Source of the DNA: Bacteroidetes/Chlorobi group bacterium ChocPot_Mid
GTDB lineage: Bacteria; Bacteroidota; Ignavibacteria; Kapaibacteriales; UBA2268
Reading direction: 5' to 3'
Assembly (NCBI GenBank): GCA_003731675.1
Contig: RCNQ01000060.1
Coordinates: forward strand, 1 to 36,435
Length of the DNA: 36,435 nucleotides
A program made the position numbers and the translations under genes. Shown here piece by piece: positions 17,070-25,779 of the stretch; the stretch's first letter is position 1, and each line of letters opens with the position of its first letter. The notes below the pieces were generated by a model. The model was given only the letters and a program-made list of their open reading frames with translations. It did not search any database and was not told where the DNA came from.

Positions 17070-18935
17070 ATGAAAGTCGGGCCGTTTGCAAATTTAACGC
17101 CGTTAGATTTTACTAAAAAGAAAAATTTAGAAAGACAAAAAGAAGCATTAAAATTAGTTCGTAAGAAATTAGGAAAAGAGTATCCGAATCTAATTGATGG
17201 TAAACCATCTGTAACCGAAAAGAAGACATATTCAATTAATCCAGCAAATCCAAAAGAAATAATTGGTATTTTTCAAAAGGCAGGTAAACAAGAAGCAGAG
17301 CAAGCAATAGAATCTGCAGCGAAAGCATTTGAAACTTGGAAATATGTACCTGCGGAACGAAGAGCGAAATATCTTCTGGATGCGGCAAAGATTTGTCGCA
17401 AGAGAAGATTTGAGATAAATGCATGGATGATTTCCGAAACAGGAAAGAATTTTGCTGAAGCTGATGCTGATACTTGTGAAGGTATAGACTTTCTCGAGTT
17501 TTACGCACGTGAAGCAATCCGGTATTCACAGGAGCAACCATTGACTCCATATCCGGGTGAAAAGCTTAGCTACTTTTATATTCCCTTAGGTGTTGGTCTT
17601 TGCATACCACCATGGAATTTTCCATGGGCAATTATGCTTGGTATTACAACAGCTGCAATTGTAGCGGGTAATACTGTGGTTATGAAGCCATCATCTGATT
17701 CACCAATGATGGCAAGGTTACTTACTGATATTTTGCATGAAGTTGGTTTGCCAAAGGGAGTTTTGAATTTCTTAGTAGCAAGTGGAGCAGAAGCAGGTGA
17801 TTTTATGGTCGAACATCCAAAGACAAGATTTATTACCTTTACAGGTTCAATGGAAGTTGGACTCAGAATCAACGAACTGGCAGCAAAGAAATCCGAAGGA
17901 CAGATTTGGATTAAAAGAGTAATTGCTGAAATGGGAGGTAAGGATTCTATCATAGTTGATTCGGAAGCAAAGATTGAAGATGCAGTAAAAGGTGTAACCG
18001 TATCTGCATTTGGGTTCCAGGGGCAAAAATGCTCTGCGTGTTCAAGGGCAATTGTTGACAAAAAAGTTTATGACGAATTTGTCGCAAAACTAAAAGTTGC
18101 AGTGGAATCTTTACAATCAGGTGATCCACAAGAAAACTTTTATTCCGGTCCTGTTATTAATGCGGCTTCTGAGCGTTCCATATTGGATTATATCGAAATT
18201 GGGAAAAAGGAAGGTAAGTTATTGACAGGTGGATATAAAATTCAGGAACTACCGGGTTATTATATTAAACCAACAGTGTTTATTGATATTGACCCGATGG
18301 CAAGATTATCTCAGGAAGAAATTTTTGGTCCGGTGTTAGCAGTTATAAAAGCTGAAAATTATGACCATGCTTTGCAAATTGCAAACAACACACAATATGG
18401 ACTGACTGGGGCAGTTTACTCAATGAACAGAGCAAAACTCGACAGAGCAAGAAAAGAATTTCATGTAGGTAATCTTTATTTAAATAGGAAATGCACTGGT
18501 GCCGTCGTAGATGTCCATCCGTTCGGGGGATTCAACATGAGCGGAACGGATTCGAAAGCTGGCAGCCGTGATTATTTATTGCTCTTTTTACAGGGCAAAT
18601 CTGTATCTGAACTAATTACTAATATCACAAAAGGGGTTAATATGCCAACAGCAAAGAAACCAGCAGCTAAAAAAGCTGCTCCAAAGAAACCAGCAGTTAA
18701 AAAAGCTGCTCCAAAGAAACCAGCTGCAAAAAAAGCTGCACCAGCTAAAAAAGCTGCACCAGCAAAAAAAGCCGCTCCTAAAAAAGTAGCTAAGAAAGCA
18801 GTTGCAAAGAAAACTACAGCTAAGAAAACAGTAGCTAAAGCCGCTCCTAAAAAAGCTGCACCAAAAAAAGCCGCTGCTCCTAAAAAAGCTGTAGCAAAAA
18901 AAGCTGCACCAAAAAAACCAGCAGCTAAGAAGTAA
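17070..18935 (+). CDS. pruA: L-glutamate gamma-semialdehyde (1-pyrroline-5-carboxylate) dehydrogenase fused in frame to a Lys/Ala/Pro-rich histone-H1-like tail
   Basis: RocA/PruA-type aldehyde dehydrogenase motifs: ETGKNFAEADADTCEGIDFLEFYAREA, EMGGKDSIIVD, GFQGQKCSACSRAIV, HPFGGFNMSGTDSKAGSRDYLLLFLQGKSVSE. There is no stop codon before the AKKAAPKKP repeat tail. An SD (AAAGGA) precedes the ATG at 17070. Confidence 0.9.
   Translation: MKVGPFANLTPLDFTKKKNLERQKEALKLVRKKLGKEYPNLIDGKPSVTEKKTYSINPANPKEIIGIFQKAGKQEAEQAIESAAKAFETWKYVPAERRAKYLLDAAKICRKRRFEINAWMISETGKNFAEADADTCEGIDFLEFYAREAIRYSQEQPLTPYPGEKLSYFYIPLGVGLCIPPWNFPWAIMLGITTAAIVAGNTVVMKPSSDSPMMARLLTDILHEVGLPKGVLNFLVASGAEAGDFMVEHPKTRFITFTGSMEVGLRINELAAKKSEGQIWIKRVIAEMGGKDSIIVDSEAKIEDAVKGVTVSAFGFQGQKCSACSRAIVDKKVYDEFVAKLKVAVESLQSGDPQENFYSGPVINAASERSILDYIEIGKKEGKLLTGGYKIQELPGYYIKPTVFIDIDPMARLSQEEIFGPVLAVIKAENYDHALQIANNTQYGLTGAVYSMNRAKLDRARKEFHVGNLYLNRKCTGAVVDVHPFGGFNMSGTDSKAGSRDYLLLFLQGKSVSELITNITKGVNMPTAKKPAAKKAAPKKPAVKKAAPKKPAAKKAAPAKKAAPAKKAAPKKVAKKAVAKKTTAKKTVAKAAPKKAAPKKAAAPKKAVAKKAAPKKPAAKK
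18642..18935 (+). other. Histone-H1-like Lys/Ala/Pro repeat domain. It may also be translated on its own from an internal ATG at 18642.
   Basis: MPTAKKPAAKKAAPKKPAVKKAAPKKPAAKKAAPAKKAAPAKK... (97 aa). AAGGGG sits 5 nt upstream of the ATG at 18642. The enzyme domain normally ends 2-3 residues after the VSE motif (from memory). Confidence 0.6.
18654..18743 (+). repeat. Three near-identical 30-bp in-frame tandem units (AAGAAACCAGCAGCTAAAAAAGCTGCTCCA), followed by degenerate 15-18-bp units to about 18932
   Basis: Units at 18654-18683, 18684-18713 and 18714-18743 differ at only a few positions. They encode KKPAAKKAAP. Confidence 0.9.
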
Positions 18936-18950
18936 TTCAATTATTCGATA

Positions 18951-18988
18951 ATTGGGCTGCTCCTGAAATTGGTCAGCCCAATTTTTTT
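18951..18988 (+). terminator. Rho-independent terminator downstream of pruA
   Basis: Stem TTGGGCTG (18952-18959) pairs with CAGCCCAA (18974-18981). The loop is 14 nt, and TTTTTTT follows at 18982-18988. Confidence 0.8.
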
Positions 18989-18990
18989 AT

Positions 18991-19785
18991 ATGATTGAGA
19001 TTACCGATGTTAATGATTCAAGAATCGGATGCTACCGAAACTTGAGAAGTGTTTTTTTTCCTCACTCCAAGAATAATATCTTACTTTCAGAAGGTTCCAT
19101 CACTACAAAAAAGTTGTTGCAAAGCAATCTTGATGTTTTATCTTTTTTTGCATTGCCTACATTTTATGATTTATTTGCTGAAATGTTCAAGCAAAAAAAT
19201 ATTCCTGAAGAATCCCAATTTACTGCTGAAAAGAGTATTATGAGTCTGATTGTCGGTTTTCGTTTGCATCAGGGAATTATGGCAATAGGAAGAATACCTG
19301 AACAAACTGCTTTACTTGATTTGAAATCTCCGATTGTTGTAATGAATGGAATTGTGAATTCCGAAAATGTGGGAGCAATCATTCGAAATGCAGTTGCCTT
19401 TGGTTTTAAATCAATTGTTTATGATAAAGCGACGAGTAGTCCATTTTTAAGAAGAGCAGTGAGGGTTTCAATGGGGACAGTATTCTCTGTTAAGCATTTT
19501 CAATCCATGAATTTATGTCAAGATTTAAAAGAATTAAGTACGAAGAGTAAATTTGAAATAGTTGCATCGGAAATAACACATAATTCAATTCCAATTGATA
19601 GATATGAATTTAAAAAAGAATCTGTCATTATTTTCGGTTCTGAAGGGACAGGTGTTTCAAAAGAAGTTCTTTCGATATGTGACAAAGTAATTCACATACC
19701 TATTTCTGAGAACGTTGAATCAATTAATGTTGCTTCAAGTAGTGCTATAATTTTCAATAATTTTAAGAAAATAAATCGTGTTTAA
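18991..19785 (+). CDS. TrmH/SpoU family RNA 2'-O-methyltransferase
   Basis: SpoU motifs: GIVNSENVGAIIRNAVAFG, IIFGSEGTGVS, IPISENVESINVASSSAIIF. Confidence 0.85.
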   Translation: MIEITDVNDSRIGCYRNLRSVFFPHSKNNILLSEGSITTKKLLQSNLDVLSFFALPTFYDLFAEMFKQKNIPEESQFTAEKSIMSLIVGFRLHQGIMAIGRIPEQTALLDLKSPIVVMNGIVNSENVGAIIRNAVAFGFKSIVYDKATSSPFLRRAVRVSMGTVFSVKHFQSMNLCQDLKELSTKSKFEIVASEITHNSIPIDRYEFKKESVIIFGSEGTGVSKEVLSICDKVIHIPISENVESINVASSSAIIFNNFKKINRV

Positions 19786-19865
19786 AAAATAATTTTGCAA
19801 CCAAATATCTTGATTTGTGTTAATTTGGTAATGGAATATTACTTATTAACAAATTTTGATGCGGT

Positions 19866-22800
19866 ATGAAAAAAATATTACTTATTATTTGTTTTTTTAT
19901 TAGTATTAGCTTAACTAATAACAATATTTTTTGCAATGATGAACATTCGTGGGGACAAATTCTGAATGATAATTCTCTTATGCAAACAATAACAACATCC
20001 AATCCAAATGCGACTAAAGAGACAAAATGTATTTTGAATTATCTATATTCATTGAGTAAGAAAACCAATAAAAAAATTATAAGCGGACAAATGACATATA
20101 ATGGAATTGATGAATCTGTTGCATACGATAGTTTAATTGTAAAACTTCATGATAAAACAAATAAATGGGTCGGTATTGTCGGAGCAGACTATGAAAGAGA
20201 TTATCCACAAAAATTATATAAAATTCTTGAAACAAATAAACCATTAATTTCTCACTTTCGGCAAGGTGGTTTGGTCGCATTGATGTGGTCTGCAAATAAT
20301 CCATGGACTGGTGGGAATCAGAATGATTTAAGGAACAGCGAAAATCTTTTAGACCTAATAACAAATGGAACAACTGCCAATCAAAAGTGGATAGCATATC
20401 TTGATAGTATAGCAGTGGGTTTAAAACAGCTTCAGGATTCAGGAGTTGTCGTTCTTTGGAGACCATTACATGAGATGAATGGTACTTGGTTCTGGTGGGG
20501 TTCAAAGTCAACAACTTTACCTGATAGAAATGATTACATTTCTGTATGGAGACACATGTATAACTATTTTACTTATTTCAAAGGATTGAACAATATTTTA
20601 TGGGTTTATTCTGCAACAGCAAAATCAAAAAAAGTCTCAAATCCGGCTTTCAAGGATGAATTGAATAATTATCCGGGTGATGAATATGTTGATATAATTA
20701 GTGTTGATATTTATTCCGATACTTTAGACGTTGTTAATTACAATCAATTGAAATCTAAAGGCAAACCATTGGTTATTTCAGAATTTGGACCTGACCGCAA
20801 TACAGTTTTAAATAAAATTCAGTCATTTGATTATATGTCATTAATAAATCAGATTAAGTCAAAATATCCTGATTTTGTTTATTGGGTTTCATGGAATGAT
20901 TTTGTTACTAATGGTGGAAAAGATACAGTTTATTATTCCCCAATGAATCAAATTAATGGCAAACAGCTTTTAGAAGATGGTTGGGTAATAAATCGAGATG
21001 AAATTGGTTGGCAGGATAGTTGCAATATTGATGTTGAAAAAAATGCTTTGCTTGAACCCGAAGACGGAAAAGTATATCATGGCGTACAGACAATGACTTT
21101 TGCAGATAATCCAGACCCACTCGCAGGATATTTAAATGCTTTAAATGATTCAACAATTCAACCTGCTGTTCGAGGTTTCTTTTTCAGTGTTCCTGGTGAA
21201 CGTGGTCCGGCTAATACATTAAAAGGGCTAAATAATTTTTTTCACATTGCTGACTCAGTTGGATTCATACCCGAATTAAGTTTGTTTTTTGTTGATAACA
21301 GAAGTGCAACAGATAGCATAATAGCAGTATCAAATACACATGATTGGATACTTGACAGTATAATAACTTTATGTAAAAATTATAATCGGAAAATGTTTCT
21401 TCGAATAGGTGGAGAATTTAATGGTTCTGGACCTGGTTGGAATGGAGGAGGATATCATCCATATTACTATGTAACAATGTTCAGAAAAATTGTGAATATG
21501 TTTGCGAGCAAAGGTTTTAGGGATTCAATTGCTGTTAACTGGTGCTATGAACCAGATGCTCCCAATGATTTTGATTCAGTTGATACACGTGGAGCAAGAT
21601 GGTATCCGGGAGATGATTATGTAGATTGGTTTGGTTTGGATGTTTTTGATGCTTCTCATTTTGACCAATCATTGCCGAATGGTACAGGTAGAAACTTAAC
21701 CAAAAAAGGTAAATCCGAAAGATTTCTTGCTATGGCAAGGGAAAAAGGCAAACCAGTTTTCTTGAGTGAGACGTCTGCGAAAGGAATAAATATAAGTTCT
21801 GATAATCAAGATGGTATCAACGATTGGAACAACTGGTTTGCAAAGTTTTTCGAGTTTATTGATGTTCACAAAGAGATAAAAGGTTTTTGCTATATAGATG
21901 CAAACTGGCCTGTTGGTGCTTATCCTAATTGGGGTGATGCGAGGATAGAAAATAATACGTATGTTACCGAAAAGTACATTGAAGAAATGCGAAAACCTAA
22001 GTATATTAATTTGTATAAAGAGGTCATTGTCCAACCTGAAGATACTTTGCCCTTAACCGAAATGGGAGAAACAAAATGGAAAAGTTATGAAGGCGGATTA
22101 TATCCGAACGGCGAAAACGCGAGACCTGATGCTCATAATAGTGCCGGTATTGACTTTGCAAATTCAATAGTTCCATTGGATAATACTGGAGTGCCAAATG
22201 ATAAAGGTAAAATTGTTTTGTTATCAATTGGGATGTCGAATTGCACACAGGAATTTTCTGCTTTTAAGATGATAGCTGATACTTTTCAAATGAAGAATCC
22301 TAAATTGCAGATTGTTGATGGTGCACAAGGAGGTCAAACAGCTTCTATAATCAAAGACCCGTTAGCTAACTTTTGGACAGTTGTTGAGCAAAGATTGCAG
22401 CAACAAAATGTAACTGCTAATCAAGTACAGGTGGTTTGGTTAAAGGAAGCTAATGCACAACCAAACCAAGCATTTCCTGTTCATGCTCAAATGCTGAAAA
22501 GTGATTTGAAAATAATTGTTCAAGTATTAAAAAACAAATTTCCAAATTTAAAAATAGCTTATCTGTCGAGCAGGACATACGGCGGTTATGCCACATCAAC
22601 TCTTAATCCTGAACCTTATGCTTATGAATCGGGATTTTCAGTAAAGTGGCTCATTGAAGAACAAATAAGTGGTGATGATTCATTGAGATATTCTGGTGAA
22701 AGTCCAAAAGCTCCATGGTTATCTTGGGGTCCTTATCTTTGGGCAAAGGGAGAGAAAGAAAGAAACGACGGGCTATTCTGGTTAAGAGAAGATTTTGGAA

Positions 22801-23174
22801 CTGATGGCACTCATCCTTCAACGTCTGGTAGATTGAAAGTAGCTAAATTATTGCTTGATTTTTTCGTTAATGATGAAACTTCAAAACCATGGTTTCTTGG
22901 TAGTGATGTTAGAGTAAATGATTCAAATAAACAAGATAATATAATAAGTATTTATCCAAATCCAGCATCGGATTATATTGAATTAAAACTTTCTGAAAGT
23001 TTCGAACTTTCGGAAAATAATAGTATAAAAATCTATAATACTCTTGGGCAATGTGTTTTATCTGTTGGAGCAAATTCTAATGAGCTCAAACGAATTGATG
23101 TTTCGAATATGCCTATCAGTATTTATTTTGTGATTGTTGGTTCTGAAACAAAAAAAATTGTTATTGTAAAATAA
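19866..23174 (+). CDS. Secreted multi-domain carbohydrate-active enzyme: GH26 mannanase-like domain, a second GH26-like (clan GH-A) domain, an SGNH-type esterase-like domain and a T9SS C-terminal sorting domain
   Basis: Signal peptide MKKILLIICFFISISL. Domain 1 has WRPLHEMNGTWFWWG, YVDIISVDIY and KPLVISEFG (GH26 acid/base and nucleophile contexts). Domain 2 has LRIGGEFNG, YVDWFGLDVFD and KPVFLSETS. Domain 3 has IVLLSIGMSNC and DGTHPS (SGNH blocks I and V). The C-terminus (nt 22941-23171) reads IYPNPASDYIELKL...IKIYNTLGQCV, a T9SS CTD. Confidence 0.8.
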   Translation: MKKILLIICFFISISLTNNNIFCNDEHSWGQILNDNSLMQTITTSNPNATKETKCILNYLYSLSKKTNKKIISGQMTYNGIDESVAYDSLIVKLHDKTNKWVGIVGADYERDYPQKLYKILETNKPLISHFRQGGLVALMWSANNPWTGGNQNDLRNSENLLDLITNGTTANQKWIAYLDSIAVGLKQLQDSGVVVLWRPLHEMNGTWFWWGSKSTTLPDRNDYISVWRHMYNYFTYFKGLNNILWVYSATAKSKKVSNPAFKDELNNYPGDEYVDIISVDIYSDTLDVVNYNQLKSKGKPLVISEFGPDRNTVLNKIQSFDYMSLINQIKSKYPDFVYWVSWNDFVTNGGKDTVYYSPMNQINGKQLLEDGWVINRDEIGWQDSCNIDVEKNALLEPEDGKVYHGVQTMTFADNPDPLAGYLNALNDSTIQPAVRGFFFSVPGERGPANTLKGLNNFFHIADSVGFIPELSLFFVDNRSATDSIIAVSNTHDWILDSIITLCKNYNRKMFLRIGGEFNGSGPGWNGGGYHPYYYVTMFRKIVNMFASKGFRDSIAVNWCYEPDAPNDFDSVDTRGARWYPGDDYVDWFGLDVFDASHFDQSLPNGTGRNLTKKGKSERFLAMAREKGKPVFLSETSAKGINISSDNQDGINDWNNWFAKFFEFIDVHKEIKGFCYIDANWPVGAYPNWGDARIENNTYVTEKYIEEMRKPKYINLYKEVIVQPEDTLPLTEMGETKWKSYEGGLYPNGENARPDAHNSAGIDFANSIVPLDNTGVPNDKGKIVLLSIGMSNCTQEFSAFKMIADTFQMKNPKLQIVDGAQGGQTASIIKDPLANFWTVVEQRLQQQNVTANQVQVVWLKEANAQPNQAFPVHAQMLKSDLKIIVQVLKNKFPNLKIAYLSSRTYGGYATSTLNPEPYAYESGFSVKWLIEEQISGDDSLRYSGESPKAPWLSWGPYLWAKGEKERNDGLFWLREDFGTDGTHPSTSGRLKVAKLLLDFFVNDETSKPWFLGSDVRVNDSNKQDNIISIYPNPASDYIELKLSESFELSENNSIKIYNTLGQCVLSVGANSNELKRIDVSNMPISIYFVIVGSETKKIVIVK

Positions 23175-23452
23175 CGATTATTTTAATAATCGAAGAATTT
23201 AATACATAATTATATTATCATGTTGAATTTAAGGAATGTAAGACAGAGTATCTGTATGTTGGTTCAGTGAAAAGCTAATATCTATAATTAAAAGAACTTA
23301 AAGGTCGAATTATTATCTTGTTAATCAATGATGTTTGAATTATTAATAATAAAATTAATATATCGTTCCAATTTTTATTTTAAGAAATTTATTTTATTCA
23401 CATTTTTTTTTTAATTTACTTGTTGTATTAAAAATAAATTGAAGATAAAATA

Positions 23453-24784
23453 ATGGATGTTGAATTGTTAGCCAGAATACAATTCGGTATAACTGCCGGA
23501 TTTCATTTTTTGTTTCCACCGATGAGTATCGGTTTGGGAGTAATACTTGTAATAATGGAGTGGCGTTTTCTTAGAACAAAAAATATGCTTTACGAGAGAA
23601 TGGCAAAGTTTTGGACAAAAGTTTTTGCTTTGACATTCGGAGTTGGTGTAGCCACAGGTATAGTTATGGAGTTTGAATTCGGAACAAACTGGGCTACATA
23701 TTCAAGGTATGTAGGTGATATTTTTGGTTCACCACTTACCGCAGAAGCAATTTTTGCTTTTTTTCTTGAATCAACATTTTTAGGGATTTTGATTTTTGGT
23801 TGGAATCGGGTCAGTCCAAAAATGCATTTTTTTTCGACATGTATGGTTGCTCTTGGTGCAACTCTAAGTGCTTTTTGGATTATAGTAGCAAACTCATGGA
23901 TGCAAACTCCGGCAGGATTTCATATTGTTAATGAAGGTGGAATAATGCGTGCCGAAATTACTGACTTTTGGGCAATGGTATTCAATCCTTCAACTATTGA
24001 AAGATTTTCTCATGTAATAAGTGCATCATGGTTGACAGGAGCTTTCCTTGTGATGAGCGTTGCTGCTTATTATTTGGTAAAAAGGAGACATATTGATTTT
24101 GCAAAATCTTCGATGAGAATTGCTTTGTTTTTAGCTACTCTTGCGGCATTTTTGCAGCTTGAGACAGGTCACAGAAGTGCTATGGAAGTAGTGAAATATC
24201 AACCTGAGAAGCTTGCAACTTTCGAGGGGCATTTCAACACAGCTGTTTTAGATTTGTACTTTATCGGTTATCTGGATGTTGAAAATGAAAGGATAATTGG
24301 TTTGAAGTGGCCAGGGTTTTTATCTTGGTTGATTTACGGTGATTTTTCTGCTCCTGTCAAAGGTAGAAATGACTTTCCTAAAGATGAATTACCACCTATT
24401 CAACTTCCATTTCAGACTTATCATATTATGGTTGCTATTGGAATGGCATTTATAGGGATTGTCTTATTTAGCATCTTTTTGCTATGGAGAAAAAAACTTT
24501 TTGAAACGAAATGGTATTTGAAACTTTTGATACCTGCATTTGCATTGCCACATATAGCGAATCTTTGCGGATGGATTGCCGCTGAAGTTGGTCGTCAGCC
24601 ATGGGCTGTTTATAAAATATTAAGGACTGATGATGCGATTTCTAAAGTTGTAGCATCTTCAGAAGTTTGGTTTTCATTAATTCTATTTACAACAATTTAT
24701 ATTGTTTTATCAATTTTATTTGTATTCTTATTGTTAAAGAAAATCAAGCATGGACCTGAAGAATTTGAACCGTTAACCATGTAA
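23453..24784 (+). CDS. cydA: Cytochrome bd-type quinol oxidase subunit I (short Q-loop form)
   Basis: LARIQFGITAGFHFLFPPMSIGLG (His18), LTAEAIFAFFLESTFLG, FSHVISASW (His187), KYQPEKLATFEGHF, HIMVAIG and GWIAAEVGRQPW all fit CydA. Confidence 0.9.
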   Translation: MDVELLARIQFGITAGFHFLFPPMSIGLGVILVIMEWRFLRTKNMLYERMAKFWTKVFALTFGVGVATGIVMEFEFGTNWATYSRYVGDIFGSPLTAEAIFAFFLESTFLGILIFGWNRVSPKMHFFSTCMVALGATLSAFWIIVANSWMQTPAGFHIVNEGGIMRAEITDFWAMVFNPSTIERFSHVISASWLTGAFLVMSVAAYYLVKRRHIDFAKSSMRIALFLATLAAFLQLETGHRSAMEVVKYQPEKLATFEGHFNTAVLDLYFIGYLDVENERIIGLKWPGFLSWLIYGDFSAPVKGRNDFPKDELPPIQLPFQTYHIMVAIGMAFIGIVLFSIFLLWRKKLFETKWYLKLLIPAFALPHIANLCGWIAAEVGRQPWAVYKILRTDDAISKVVASSEVWFSLILFTTIYIVLSILFVFLLLKKIKHGPEEFEPLTM

Positions 24785-24864
24785 TAATTATTTCTTAATC
24801 TGAAATAATTTGCATATATTAAAATTTTGAAATTGTGTTAATTTAAGTATTTTTGGAGTAGAAA

Positions 24865-25710
24865 ATGAAAATATATTTTATTATATTCATTTGTGTGATT
24901 TTCTTTAGCTTTAACTCTTGCTATGAGCCGATACAAGGTTCTGGAGTTGTTGTCAGACAAGAGATTACCGGATTGAGTTCATTCAATTCTATTATTTTGA
25001 AAAATATGGCAAAAGTGTATGTCTCATCTGGGTCACCACAAAAAGTTGAAATTGAAGTTGATGATAATTTTCTTGATAATGTACTTGAAAATACTTCGGT
25101 TTCGATAAAGAAATTAACAATTTCCTCAAAAGGAATCATTGCTCCTTCGGTAATGAATGTTTACATCACTATACCTGACATTTCTGAATTGACCAACAAT
25201 GGTAGCGGAAAAATTATTATGCAAAATTCGTTTATTCAGGGGAGTACATTATGGTTAAACTTAACCGGTTCAGGTAATATAGAATTAATGGATTTTGTAA
25301 CAACAGATTGTCAGATAACGAATACTGGTAGTGGTGCAATTCTTATTGATTCACTTGGTGCTTTTAATACTATTAATCTTTCTCTAAGTTCAACCGGTAT
25401 AATAGCAATTAACAAAATATATTCAAAATTTCTTCAAGATACATGTTCTGGTTCAGGAAGAATACTCGGAAAGTCAGGCAGTTCAATGAATGGAAAATAT
25501 TTACTTTCCGGAAGCGGTATTATTGATTTGTCAGGAGTTTCTGCAGTAAATGCGATGGCGTCTAATAGTGGTTCGGGTAGAATTTTACTTAAAGCAACAA
25601 ACAAACTTGATGCTAAAATTTCTGGTAGCGGAAATATTGAATATTGGGGAAATCCACCTGATTTGACACAGAAAATAACCGGGACAGGTAAGCTGATTAA
25701 GAAAAATTGA
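24865..25710 (+). CDS. Secreted DUF2807-like (head GIN domain / putative beta-helix) protein
   Basis: Signal peptide, then periodic motifs: NGSGKIIM, TGSGNIEL, TGSGAILI, SGSGRILG, SGSGIIDL, SGSGRILL, SGSGNIEYWG. This pattern is characteristic of DUF2807. GGAG lies 7 nt upstream of the ATG. Confidence 0.7.
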   Translation: MKIYFIIFICVIFFSFNSCYEPIQGSGVVVRQEITGLSSFNSIILKNMAKVYVSSGSPQKVEIEVDDNFLDNVLENTSVSIKKLTISSKGIIAPSVMNVYITIPDISELTNNGSGKIIMQNSFIQGSTLWLNLTGSGNIELMDFVTTDCQITNTGSGAILIDSLGAFNTINLSLSSTGIIAINKIYSKFLQDTCSGSGRILGKSGSSMNGKYLLSGSGIIDLSGVSAVNAMASNSGSGRILLKATNKLDAKISGSGNIEYWGNPPDLTQKITGTGKLIKKN

Positions 25711-25779
25711 CAAAGATAAATCTTGCAATTTTTTAAACTGCTAAATTGGACTATTAAAATTAATTTTCCTGGTTGCTTG

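Noticed and set aside
18572-18940. 122-aa minus-strand ORF (FFGAAFLAAGFF...) opposite the pruA tail
   Set aside because: It is the mirror image of the low-complexity GCT/AAA repeat that encodes the Lys/Ala tail. It has no start context and sits antisense to a well-supported gene. It is a compositional artefact.
23175-23195. Palindrome CGATTATTTTAATAATCG right after the GH26 gene stop, as a possible terminator
   Set aside because: The stem is almost entirely A:T. The loop would be at most 2-6 nt, and no T-run follows. It is too weak to call a terminator.
23453-24784. cydA as a decaying pseudogene, given the missing cydB
   Set aside because: The reading frame is uninterrupted over 443 codons, and all the heme/quinol-site motifs I could check are intact.
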